Source of the DNA: Neoechinorhynchus agilis
Lineage: Eukaryota; Animalia; Acanthocephala
Reading direction: 5' to 3'
Assembly: GCA_051530055.1 (NCBI GenBank)
Contig: CM121341.1
Span: 16,842,784 to 16,906,783, forward strand
DNA: 64,000 nt
Shown: piece by piece, positions 1-11,250 of the stretch
Position numbering within the stretch: position 1 is the first letter of the stretch
Layout of the letters: each line of letters starts with the position of its first letter
Notes under the pieces: model-generated
Seen by the model: the letters and a program-made list of their open reading frames with translations, nothing else
Told to the model about the DNA's origin: nothing
The model's database searches: none
Position numbers and translations under genes: made by a program

Positions 1-315
1 GTCTCCAATTTCTTTGAATCAATATTCGATAGCATGAGCACATTATTTACATCGTGCATGAGTGAACTTCAGGGAATATCAAAAGCGAAAACGAGTCAAG
101 CGTTCCTGAGAATGAAGGACGAGATTACAAGTAAACTTAGGAATAAACGAATGTGGCCCATGACATTTTCTCAAGAACAATTAGCCGAGATTAAACAATC
201 TTTATGGTCTCTACTACCAGCCTTGACCGCGAACAACGATGAGTTATCAGAGGATTTTCGTAAACTAGCAAGTCGTCTAAGGAATACAAACAAGACTGAG
301 CATCCTAGCGTATAG
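1..315 (+). CDS. 3' end of an unidentified protein-coding gene running in from the left edge
   Basis: Frame is open from base 1 through the 93-aa ORF to the stop at 315; helical-looking sequence, no recognisable motif. Confidence 0.45.
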   Translation, partial: VSNFFESIFDSMSTLFTSCMSELQGISKAKTSQAFLRMKDEITSKLRNKRMWPMTFSQEQLAEIKQSLWSLLPALTANNDELSEDFRKLASRLRNTNKTEHPSV

Positions 316-570
316 TTATAACCATTTATTAACCCTTATTTAGTCTATATTAAATTATTAACACCTATTTGAGTTTTGAAATAGAGATGGGAACAGTTAG
401 GGCCGGATTAGGTTTGCACATCTATCCAACATGACCTTTAATTCAATCGGTAAGTTGAAAAAGAAAACAGAGCAAACAAGCAGTTTATTTTAAAATTAAA
501 TCAAATTATTATCTTTTGTCTTAACTAAATTATCATAAAGGAATTCAACTTTCAGCTTTGTTTGTATTGT

Positions 571-2850
571 TTAAATTTGAAAATAAGGCAAAACTACAAG
601 GTTGAAATTTACTCTGATTCGCGGCTCAATGCACGAACTCTTTTTCAAGCTTCCAAGAATGCGTAATTTTAGTGGAGTATTGGCATTATCCGCTCGCTTC
701 TGATTCAAGGGGTTCATTAGATTGTTAAAAAATGATTTGAGATCCCTTCGAAGTTTACCTGAGCGAACCTTGAAGATACAGAACGATTTGGAGGGATTGA
801 GGGATAAATTCATACGAGGTAAGACTACATTGAGGTAGTGGATGCACTGCTCAATCAAACTTTTGAGTTTGAAAGCTCTGTGCGCAGAGAATACGAAAGT
901 TAAGTCATCCGCATAACAGGTTATAGAAACATTACGGGTTTTGAAATTTTTAACTATATACTGCGAAGCAAGTAGAAACAGGATCGGGGAAAGCGGTGAA
1001 CCTTGTGGGACACCCGTGGTCATGTAATAGGTTGATTTCGAAGCATCATCCTCGTAAAAGAAGGACTTGGTAAAAAGAATATTGTGAATTCGGGAGATCA
1101 AATTATGAGGAACGCTAAATAAATCCAGTATCTCGATAATAAAAGACAAAGATATCTTGTCGAACGCTTGAGATAGATCAACAGCCATTATGGCTTTCAA
1201 GGGTAGATTGGTGTTAGTGAAGTTATCGTAAATATTGGTTAAAGCAGAGTGTACGGATTTCCCCCTTTGAAAACCGTGGCAATTAGTCGATATGCAGCTA
1301 TTTTCTGTTATAAAGGCTCTCAAGCGAAGTGCTAAGGCTCGTTCGTAAATGGTTACAAAGGGGTTCTGTAGGGAAATTGGGCGGAGATCCTTAGGCTGAG
1401 AGACTGACTTTTTCCCATTTTTAATAAGAAAAATACGCCGAGCCACATTAATCTCTCTCCAGGCATAAGGGGAGCAGTTCAGCATTAATTCGGCCAGCCT
1501 TAGGATGCAGTCCCGGGGAAGTAAAGTAAAGATTTTGGTGCATGAGCTTGAGTTGGAGGATGCCAATTTCGGATTGTCGGACCATACTTTTAGGATGTCA
1601 CTTAATAAAATATCTACACGACCGGCAAAGACCCGTCGAAAGATTGTCACGGGTAAAGCATCCTTGACAGAGCCCTCTGAATGAAAAGAAAAAATGGCTT
1701 CCAAAATATCGTCTATAGACGTTGATTTTAACCAGCCGGAGATTTTCGATTTCCATGGTATGTATCTCTTCCTTTGAAAAGTGTGCCACCAATGTGAGGA
1801 AAAGGGTTTCAGGCTATTAAGAAGATTTGCTTTCTGTTGCATCCTCTGTCGACATTGGGCTGCCCAATAATGACTAGATAAGATTTTCGTGAGAAGTACG
1901 TCTCCAGAACGTTTGGCCAGAAAAAGTTGGCGTCCGAGAAAGCGAAGAGAGCGACTTTCGTAAGGACGAGAGAAAACCTTTACCGTTCGAAACAGGAAGG
2001 TATTAGCAACCAAATTGAGGATGTTATTGACAGACGGTAAAATGGATGACCGATTAGATTGTAAGGTGCTCGAAGATAGAGCGATTTGGCTGATTAGACG
2101 GAAAAAGGCCACGCTGAGTGGAGAAATGTGATATGATTTGCGGAGTGCATTCATAGGACCGAATGACCAGATAAGGATATCATGCCCTAGGAGGTCAAAG
2201 AGAGACACCTGACGATTGAATTGAATTGAAAAGTTAAGATATCTCTTAAAGATTATCAGATCTAAGAACGAGTGTGTATTTAAAACGAGATTGTGGAAAG
2301 ACGGAGTATTCGGGAGGGTTAGAGAGTAAAGAGGTTTGACTGCGTTGACAATGGCTCTGGACCATTTTAATGATGGGTCGTTAAAATCCCCCACAACAAA
2401 GTCGATATTGGCATTGAGAAGCCATTTGATTTTGTTTTTGATATATGGACGATGAATAAAACCCGGTCTGATGTACAAATTAACAATCGAGAGGTACTTC
2501 CGATTAAAGAGAAATTTAAAAAGTGAGTACGACATTTCCGGTGAGGTGTAGGAGGCTATAAGTTGGGGATTTAAGGAGGAATGAAAAATTGAAATAAGAC
2601 CTTGTGAGGCGGGACTGAATGGGCCAGTAATAAAAGAGGAGAACATTGAACAGTTAAGATGAGGTAGATAGTTATAAAGTTGGTGTAGAATGTGAATACT
2701 TTTCGTTTCCTGCAGTAGGATGATGGAAACGCCTGGTGTAAACCGAGCGAGCCTGGTAAGATTGGCCGCCCCTCCACAATTCCATTGCAGCACCCGGAGA
2801 TCCCCCACCATTACCTGTGCCTTCGAGTTATCATATTCTGGCGACTTCAT
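571..2850 (-). CDS. ORF2 of element A: apurinic endonuclease + reverse transcriptase (759 aa, C-terminus cut by nonsense codons)
   Basis: APE motifs VLQWNCGG, ILLQET, VNLYIRP, VVGDFND, FLDLII, GHD; RT motifs RPISLQN, HGFQRGKS, VDLSQAFDKI, GVPQGSPLSPILF, YADD, LRILG. Confidence 0.93.
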   Translation of the reverse strand: MKSPEYDNSKAQVMVGDLRVLQWNCGGAANLTRLARFTPGVSIILLQETKSIHILHQLYNYLPHLNCSMFSSFITGPFSPASQGLISIFHSSLNPQLIASYTSPEMSYSLFKFLFNRKYLSIVNLYIRPGFIHRPYIKNKIKWLLNANIDFVVGDFNDPSLKWSRAIVNAVKPLYSLTLPNTPSFHNLVLNTHSFLDLIIFKRYLNFSIQFNRQVSLFDLLGHDILIWSFGPMNALRKSYHISPLSVAFFRLISQIALSSSTLQSNRSSILPSVNNILNLVANTFLFRTVKVFSRPYESRSLRFLGRQLFLAKRSGDVLLTKILSSHYWAAQCRQRMQQKANLLNSLKPFSSHWWHTFQRKRYIPWKSKISGWLKSTSIDDILEAIFSFHSEGSVKDALPVTIFRRVFAGRVDILLSDILKVWSDNPKLASSNSSSCTKIFTLLPRDCILRLAELMLNCSPYAWREINVARRIFLIKNGKKSVSQPKDLRPISLQNPFVTIYERALALRLRAFITENSCISTNCHGFQRGKSVHSALTNIYDNFTNTNLPLKAIMAVDLSQAFDKISLSFIIEILDLFSVPHNLISRIHNILFTKSFFYEDDASKSTYYMTTGVPQGSPLSPILFLLASQYIVKNFKTRNVSITCYADDLTFVFSAHRAFKLKSLIEQCIHYLNVVLPRMNLSLNPSKSFCIFKVRSGKLRRDLKSFFNNLMNPLNQKRADNANTPLKLRILGSLKKSSCIEPRIRVNFNLVVLPYFQI

Positions 2851-4346
2851 CTGATATTAGGGCCGCAGTTCCGTTGTTAATGAGCGAGGATTGAGTGTTA
2901 ATGATCCTGTTAACATATTCAGAGTCGGTTTCTTCGACTTCCATGACGACGTCCTCGATATCTGAGTGGTTTATACTAGAATCGACATTGAGTTTCTTGG
3001 CCCAATGAGAGTTTTTTTCCGTCGCATTCGCTCTTTTTAGCTTTGCACCACGTTGACTAGGTAAACTCGATGAAATCAAATCAGGCAGATTGACCAAGTT
3101 CCCAATGAGTGTACTCAGCTTCCTCTCAAAAGCCACGATGGCCTCAGTGAAGCGCGCCTGCATGACCGTTAGAAGTTTGTTACAAGACTCCTCTAAACGT
3201 TCCTCCAGAATTTCCATGGTAACCAACTGCGATGGAGGTAAGCGATGCGAGTCTTTAGAGTCCGAGCTCTTCAAGATCGTTATCTTTTGAAAAGGGGGTT
3301 GCTCTATGAAGAGGCACTGCGAACGAGTTTGCTGCGACAGCCGGTCTCCACCCGGCGCTATCGCTTTTTTTAGCAAAGGGCTGCCCGTTTTGAGCCCAAT
3401 TCCAATACTTCTTGAATTCAGGACATCCTTTGTAAAATACAGAGTGTTGTCCATTGCAATTGACACATCTTTTGATTGACTTGTTTGGGCAATTTTGAGC
3501 AGAATGACCTGTCTCAGCACAGTGAACACATTTCGGGGAATCCGGATTGGGGCAATGTTGAACCCAGTGTCCCCATTTGTGGCAAAGGTTGCAGTGAGGA
3601 AAAATATAGTCATCTTGATGGCTTCCCGATTTCTGTGTGAATCGAATCGCAAAACAATTAAAGGCACAGTGCATTTTTTTACAGAGGTCATCCCTAACTT
3701 GCCTGGATCCTTCCACCATCGCTATCGAGATAGGAGTGCCAGACCTTCTGGAGTTGAGGAAAAATTTTATCTTCACGTTGAAAAGTTTTTCGAACTCTAC
3801 TTTGTCTTCAGCAGCTAAATTGGGCTGTAGACCGTTAGCCATGAACTGTACCCTTTGAGTAATCTCTTCCACCGAGAAGACATCCCTGGGAAGCTTGGAT
3901 TTAACAAAGTCCTTCAAGTTGGATAACCAAATACTGTCCGTTAGGTACACTCTCAGAATACCTCCGAAATAAGTAATACGATCAATTCGTTTAACTCCAT
4001 CGTTATGGAATGAGCGCGTCCACGGAGCAACGCTTTGGTTGTAGATTACGTCCTTAGGCATAATCGGATTTGACTTGATTGTGAGTATATACGGCCATCT
4101 CTTGACCGGAAGGGCTAGGTACTCGCGTTGAGTTTTGAATGAAGATGTCAGCTGTTGGGGGATTTCATCAGAAAGGGACCCTTCCAACAAGAACTGAGAA
4201 GTGGGATTCGATCCTGAATCAGTGATTGATGGCTGTTTGTCGCGCTTCATGTCTTTGAGAATACTACTCCGAACCTCCGGAGGTACGGGAATTCTCAGGG
4301 AAGTGGGTGGCCGTTTGCCACCCTCCGCCAAAACATTGGTGCGCAT
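2831..4346 (-). CDS. ORF1 (gag-like nucleic-acid chaperone) of element A, split by a +1 frameshift near 3255-3330
   Basis: 3255..4346 encodes CNLCHKWGHWVQHC, CVHCAETGHSAQNC, CVNCNGQHSVFYKGC; the coiled-coil-like tail continues in the 2831..3691 frame and resembles the tail that is in-frame with the knuckles in element B. Confidence 0.85.
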
Positions 4347-4458
4347 TTTTTTGTGATAGCGACGTCAACATTCAACAAGTTTAGCGCCGATTCTATTTTT
4401 ATTGATTAGAGTAACATCGTATAAGACGAATTATACCTAGCAACCAAAGACGCCGATC

Positions 4459-4921
4459 ATGATATCTCGAAGCGTTGCACTTATTTCTTTTCTCCTAATG
4501 GCACTCACAGACGCGATTGATAAAGATGAAGCTAAGGATCAGAAACTTTTTGATAACGTCCATGACAGAAAACACGTAATGGCGGATATTCGTGAAATAT
4601 ACGGGAAATCAATTAAAAATATGACTGATTTGGAATTGGATACTTATTTCTTCAAAGTCCATGACTATAACTTTGATGACCGGTTGGATGGAGTTGAACT
4701 TATGAAGGCATATTTAAAGGAAAGTATGTAGTAACTTAAGTACTCAAAGGAAATTATTATGCTCTTTTCGTAATTTAGTAACCCCGGATGGAAAACGACT
4801 AAGTGACGAAATATTGGAGCATTCGATTGATTACGTACTTACACATGCTGATCTGGATGGAGATAGATATCTCGATTTCTCTGAGTTCAGAAAGTTCACT
4901 ACCAGTCACCGAGGGATTTGA
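4459..4921 (+). CDS. MCFD2: MCFD2-like secreted EF-hand protein; exons 4459-4723, 4779-4921
   Basis: Signal peptide, then HD...YFFKVHDYNFDDRLDGVEL and DYVLTHADLDGDRYLDFSEF EF-hands, joined in frame by a 55-nt GT-AG intron (4724-4778). Confidence 0.88.
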
Positions 4922-5837
4922 ACTTTCCTTCTGGTAGAGTAGTATTTAGATCCGAAATAAATCGGTTTAGAAGCATTATGATTGTAAAAAAATGCGAATC
5001 TCATTTGCAAATAGAGGAATCATTTAAGGCCAGTGTGAAATTCATGATCTTGAACTGCACTTTTGTCTTATTTTTGACATTTAAAAATATACCCTGATTT
5101 TTTTAACTTCATAGTTTCTAACTCCGAAGGCCAAGTTCTCTTCAATATATATTGCTACGTTTAAACTGTTTATTGAGAAATGGATTTAGAGTCGGAAACA
5201 CAAATTTAAAGTCGCCATGCATCGACAAATATTAAAAATAAGATTGATTTTTTAAGATATGGTCTGAGGTGTGATGGGTCCACCGAGGTAAAAGAGTTGA
5301 GAAACAAGCCAAGGAAAACTAGTATTTTTAGATTGCTCCAAGAATCGGATAACAAAGGCGTCGACGATATTTTCTAAGCACACATTATCGAATTTCACTG
5401 TTTTTTTTTGTTTACCAAAAATGCAAAATTTTAAATAAACACTTTTATGTTCGTAGATTTAATGATATCATGAAATTTACGAAATAGAAACCACATACAA
5501 GAAGTATAGGCACACTCCGGACCAACGTCGCTCCTAAGCGTGACTATTTAAGGAAATTCGTTCACTCGTCCTTGTGCACTGCATTTCCAGCTAACAATTT
5601 ATCATTGCGAATTTCGAGGATTTACGCCTCGGTAAAGCACACTTGGCTCCCTAAAAGTGTTGACAAAACATGTTAATTGTTTTATAACAAAATCGTATTG
5701 TTTTCATTTGTTATAACTACTTATTTATAAACATAATATACTAAATACTTTTGATCAACGCTGTTTGCATCAGCTGCAAAAGGGGATATATTGTCTCGAA
5801 TCTCGACTAAAATTCTCATTGAATCCGGCAAGAGCAA

Positions 5838-6524
5838 ATGTCAAGTATCTTCGGAGTATCGGTCCCAACTGGACTCATTAATCAGACTAATATGGAACTA
5901 GTCACAGTGACATCGGCTTCCACTGCTAACTTACCAATAATCTTAAACTCCTCTATGCCTCAAGATTCCATTGCACAAACGGATCCGATGTTGTCATTGT
6001 CAGAAATTATTTCCGAGGAGTATTATGACAGTACGACAAATTCTGACGATTCGACCGAATCCTCTGAATCAGAAAGGTTTAATACGATCGACGACGAAGC
6101 CGCAATTTTCCCTCGTGAGTTTACTAATGAATACTCTAGCTGGAATGAACCGAGCGAAAGTCAGAAACACATAAATTCGTTAGTATCCAATGAATCCAAG
6201 CTAATGAGTACCGATTATAACCAATGCTCAAGTGTATCCGAAACGACTTGTCGTGAACGTAACCAGTGCACAAACTGTTCCGAAAATGAGGAAAGCACTA
6301 CTGCTAAAACATCAAATCGTCCCAATCGAGAAGATGCTCCTGGTTTCCGTATTAACTGGTACCTTATATTTAGGGCACTGCTCGTTACAACTGTAATGGC
6401 CGCAATTGTTGTCTTTATGTTTGTCTTATTCAGATTGATGGTAGCGCTGTTCTATCCGCGATTGACACCGGTCCAAAGACTTGAGCGAAATGGCATCGGA
6501 TTGAATCTCTTTAGACAAACTTGA
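5838..6524 (+). CDS. Ser/Thr-rich single-pass membrane protein with a small Cys cluster (sialomucin/CD164-like architecture)
   Basis: 228-aa ORF; S/T/E-rich ectodomain, CRERNQCTNC, one hydrophobic segment near the C-terminus. Confidence 0.6.
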   Translation: MSSIFGVSVPTGLINQTNMELVTVTSASTANLPIILNSSMPQDSIAQTDPMLSLSEIISEEYYDSTTNSDDSTESSESERFNTIDDEAAIFPREFTNEYSSWNEPSESQKHINSLVSNESKLMSTDYNQCSSVSETTCRERNQCTNCSENEESTTAKTSNRPNREDAPGFRINWYLIFRALLVTTVMAAIVVFMFVLFRLMVALFYPRLTPVQRLERNGIGLNLFRQT

Positions 6525-8037
6525 CCGCACTCGTATGTCGGTCAATAGAATTAAACCCCCTTAGTTTTAGCTTTCACGCCCGATTAGTTCAATAAATAGT
6601 CAATATGAACGGTTTGAGAGTGAATCTGTTCAAAAAGCTTTGTGTAGCACAAAGCATCTAATTGTTTTAATTAAAAAATACATCGATACGTGTCGCTTTG
6701 CGATAGTTAACATTGCAAACAAATAGTAAGATTAGCGTTAAGAATAATTTTAGCAGCAAATATAGAGGTGTACACAGTTATAAATAAAACGAAAACATAA
6801 GAGAAGATTCTTATGAACCTAAAAATTCATCGAATTGACCAGGGGTATTCGCCGTGCCTATACGCGTTCACCTCTTTAACAAATTCTTTTTTGTTTATAT
6901 TGTTATTTAAGTCGCTTGTCGACATCCGAGAGGGCTCATTAAAGAACAATCTATACCTCATTAAATCAGATATTTAAAAACTTGCAAGCAAAATTCAATC
7001 AGTCGAAATATACAGTCTTCTTTAATGATCCCACCCGAATGCAATTCTTGTTTTTGGTTTCAATATTCCGGAAATCACATATTTATTCGGATGTCGCAAA
7101 ATACCTCATTGTCTGTTAAGCGAAGAACTATTTGCGAGATTATCGATACAGATTTTCAGCTAAAGCTTAAATTCCTATATATTGAAAAAGTACCATTATA
7201 TATGGTCAAGAAACTACGTTCGTTGTCTCCATTCTCGAGTCTTTTAAGAAGACACCCGATAACGATATTATAAATACTCTTAGAATCCGATTGATGTAAC
7301 CCATAATAAGTTTATGCGATTTTTTAGAAGTCAGCGCTTACATTTTTGTGTGCGAGTTTACATTATATCTAACAAATACAATCTATAAAAAATAAAGAAA
7401 GCATTTCTCGTCAAGTTTTCAAAACACGAATTTTTCAAATCTACACGAATTGAAATGTGCCATTGCATAGAAGCGAAAATAGTCATAATTTGATCATGTC
7501 TTTTCGATTGATTAGCGATCAGATCAACAGAATTGTGGACATCCTTAAAATATCAACGAAATGCTCATGGTTCAAAGTATGGAAATTTCAAGCAACATTT
7601 TCTTAAGGTATATCTTAAATTTGCTTTTATCGATGTACATCGTTCAAAACAATTTTCCCTTCCAATGGATGACTGCAGAATAAAGCACTTTTCGAATTTC
7701 GCTTAAAATATTTTTACGTACTTTAGCTGAAACCCGTTCATAGTCATTAACTAAAAAGAAATTACTAAGTGGCAAAAATGATAACCAAGTGAAGCAATCT
7801 CGTACGTGAACTTGTTTAAAAGCGAGATGTACCATTTCTAAGCATAGCAAACTAATATGTTTTCAAAACAAGCTCGTTAATACAACGAACGTCTTCAAAA
7901 TAAGGTTGTAAAGTTTAGAACACAAATCGGTATTAAGAATGACGAACCACTATACCCTCTCATTGAGATTCACTTTGAGCGCGATTTAGACTGACTCAAC
8001 GTTTAATATTTGAGATCCTACCTTTAATCGCAAAGAA

Positions 8038-8325
8038 ATGAGCACTAACAGCAATCCCGAAAATAGTAATGAAAAGGTAAGCTCCGAAAGCGAGGATCAA
8101 CCTGTGCCAGTTCCAGAAACGCTCATTGTCAAACCACCTCGCTCAAGAAGGAAAGGCATCCCAAAGAAATTTATTCGGCCTACTGACAAGTTCACAATCA
8201 CGGATGCGTATGGAACAAGGGTTTATATCATCAAAGCAGAACCGGAACCAGAGCAAGGTGACAATTCGCAGTCAGTGGAGGACACTGTAAAGCCGAATCC
8301 TAAGGCAGGAGATAAGGCCGAGTGA
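8038..8325 (+). CDS. Small charged low-complexity protein, unknown
   Basis: 95-aa ATG-initiated ORF, more GC-rich than flanks; acidic ends around a basic core (PPRSRRKGIPKK). Confidence 0.45.
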   Translation: MSTNSNPENSNEKVSSESEDQPVPVPETLIVKPPRSRRKGIPKKFIRPTDKFTITDAYGTRVYIIKAEPEPEQGDNSQSVEDTVKPNPKAGDKAE

Positions 8326-9085
8326 ATTGATCACTGTGCCAGAATTTAGTTATTAGATAAAACATCGTAGTTGGCTTTTTCGGTTGTTATCTCAATCAAA
8401 TAATTGACACAGTTGAAAAATGCAGATTCGAAGATTTAAATTTCAACAAACTGTTTACTCTATTTCAACCAAAATGAAACTGATGTAAACAAAAACCGCC
8501 ATTTATCGTTGCCAAGGTTTTGTGCATCTCACAGTAGCAATTTTTGGTAAGCCACAAAGGGTATAAAGTATTCGGAAGATGGCTTCCTTTAACATCAAAA
8601 TATGCAGCTTTGTGATTTTTCATATATTAATGTCTGATGACAATCGGTCTGTAAAATCCTAAAAGCAAACTATAGGGCGGGTCCTTCACTTAGGATCTTA
8701 TTTTTTAGTCTTAACAAAAGTACATTGGATAAGGTAACTAACCAACCACAAAGGGATGTTGAAAAATTCCATCAAACAAGGCATATTCAAAAGACCTTCT
8801 AGAAACCAGATTTCGAAGATACATATTCAAAAGTACACTATAAAAATTTGATGAACTCCTGGAGGCCCGTTTGTTTAATTTTATATGGGCAAATATTAAT
8901 ACCAGAAAATTCAATCCAATTTATTTTAAATTGGTTTTAGAAAGTGACAAATATTCTTATGTAGAAAACGTGACTAACCTTGAACATACACAAAAAAGTC
9001 CTATAATCTTAAGAAAACGTAAGACCGGAAAACATATATTAATTGTCGACATGTGAGGCACAGGGCTACATGATTAGACTTATTG

Positions 9086-9283
9086 TTTAGGTCTTTACCC
9101 GGTAAATAGTTTTCTATTAAAAACGTCAGACGAGGTTCGAACCTTTATTAATAAAAATTATTTACTGGGCGAAGACCTAAATAGTAATCCTAGATAAAAA
9201 TTTATTTAAAAACTTCCGACGAGGTTAGAACCTTTTTTTAACAAAAATTATTTACCGGGTAAAGCCTAAATAGTAATCCTAGA
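9086..9283. repeat. Hairpin-type repeat: one inverted arm plus two ~75-bp direct repeats
   Basis: tttaggtctttacccggtaaata (9086-9108) is the reverse complement of tatttaccgggtaaagcctaaa (9249-9270) with one indel; 9119-9193 and 9209-9283 are direct copies. Confidence 0.75.
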
Positions 9284-9451
9284 ACATTTTCACTCCTCAC
9301 TGATGACATTAGAACTTTGAATTCTCGTAAAAATTCGAGCGTTTCTAGAACAGTGCAAGTGGTTTAAAAACTCTGAAGTTCCGTTGAAATTATATTCCGG
9401 ACAATATCTCTTTAAAAAGAGTCGCAAAGATGTACTTTTTCATATTAACAC

Positions 9452-11250
9452 TTAATTTAATGATCCCAATTCAGTCACATTATTCATAGTGCCTCTTGTG
9501 GGGCGTAAAAGAGCATATATCATCCACAGGAACATAGTTCCAAGAAGATCTCCGAATGCAGTCAGAATCGGAATGCACATATTATCTGGATTAGATTGGT
9601 AGTGCCAGACGATTGGCGTAATAAAGAAGGCAAGTGCAAGAAGTATAGCAGTCTGTACAAGTGATGCCACGATATAAAGTAGAATTAGCGTGGCGCTAAA
9701 ACTGTAAATCTTGTGGTTCAATAAGTAAACAAGCACTAACAGAACCATTTGTCCTGGTATGATCGATGCTATCAGAATACGACTAATATCGACTTCTCGT
9801 AAAGCAGCTCTTGATGTTGATTTCGCATACAACATGCTCTGCCGTTGAAGATGATCAATCTGGCCTTCATTTTCGTCGGTTACCAAACTTTCAACAATGC
9901 CATGAGCTTCTTCCATTCGTTTTGCGAGTTTGTGGAGACATGTACCATACCTACTGGCTTGAATCGAAACTAAATTTCCACCTGTTCCATTGAGTAAAGG
10001 TTGCCATATTGCTATCATCGGATACTCCTTCACGGAGATATCCAAAAAGAAACCGGCTAAAAGACTAATAGCCATCGCAATAAACAATGGCGTCCATCCG
10101 TTATAAAGAGTGTCCTTAACATATTCATTCATCCGTGTAAAGTATATCCACAATCCAAGCGAGGCCCCGATCGCGCTAAGTATGCATAAATGCGACCAGT
10201 ATTCTAGTCGAAGATAATCGTAGAATATTGAAGTGGTTGAAATAGAACGCTGACGATGAGTCACATATATATGATTTAAAACGTTCTAGTCAACCTTGGT
10301 GACGGGAAATTAGATGTTTTAAATTCGAGATTAAAATATTTCTTTACAAATTTGAAACGAACATCCATTTTTCGAAAAAGCCTACGATGTAAAAGTCCAT
10401 AAAGCTTATTCTTTAAAGGGTATCGTGAACTGATGTGTGATAAAGAATAAAATAATAACAGAAATGACAATAATATTTTTATTTTTTCCATCTCTTTACC
10501 TTATTGGTTAATCCATCGAGATGTGTAGTAAAATGGTGGAACCTGAGATTATAAAAGTTTTGGTGTCTTGAAGACCCAATGATCATCGTCAACGTCTTTA
10601 AGGCAAACCAATGTAACGCAATCACCTAAGGCGGATGCAACTGGCGATGCAATATTATCCGGATCGAATTTCTTCTTAAAAGCGACGTAAATTATTGCTA
10701 CAATTAGCAAACTAATTATGAATCCGGATATACAAGCCGCACTAATGCACGAATTGGCGACGAATAAAAACGGAAAGTTATAGGTCGGGCTCGTGAAAAA
10801 CTCTCGCACTATGATAATACTACATCCAGTGAGTGTCACGACGATAGATTGAACTTGAATAAGAATAACATTCCCAACTATCACTACAGATGCGCGATTT
10901 GGAATATCCAGGTCGCCCATATTAGCACGAGTAGACAATCTCGAAGCTAAAGTCATTTCGAGATTTCCTTTCAAGCCCAAAAGGGTAGTGACCATCTGTG
11001 TCAATGCCCTTACTTGAATGAACGCTTTTCGTTTCTCGGCGAGGTTCAATAGTGAGCCAGCCCATGTTAAACCGCATCCGGAGATTAAAAATGACGAAAA
11101 CACTGACCAAAACAACCACTTGCCCTTAGCTCTCCTAGGTGGATCATCCGACATTCCTGACGGACGAGCTGCAGGTTGATCATCGGTACCTAATTGAGGC
11201 AAGTTTATTCCGGTATTGTTATTATCGAAAACAAGTGCTGATCTGTCCAT
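9452..11250 (-). CDS. SLC41A: SLC41 family Mg2+ transporter (two MgtE integral-membrane domains), split by a 354-bp insertion
   Basis: LLGLKGNLEMTLASRLST, DPDNIASPVASALGD, GTGGNLVSIQASR, NPDNMCIPILTAFGDLLG motifs in ORFs 10549..11250 and 9452..10264. Confidence 0.92.
10245..10598 (-). other. Inverted-repeat-bounded, TA-flanked insertion/intron in SLC41
   Basis: TA at 10243-44 and 10599-600; ends acgctgacgatgagtca (10247-63) and tgatcatcgtcaacgt (10580-95) are complementary at 15/17. Confidence 0.75.

Larger units (their letters stand above)
330..4400 (-). mobile_element. Non-LTR retrotransposon A (APE-RT, three-knuckle ORF1; I/Jockey-group-like), near full length
   Basis: ORF1 with three CCHC-type knuckles followed by ORF2 with endonuclease and RT motifs; boundaries approximate, no TSD found. 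Confidence 0.9.

Noticed and set aside
300-4450. Target-site duplication for element A
   Set aside because: Only 6-bp matches (cctagc) were found, which is chance level.
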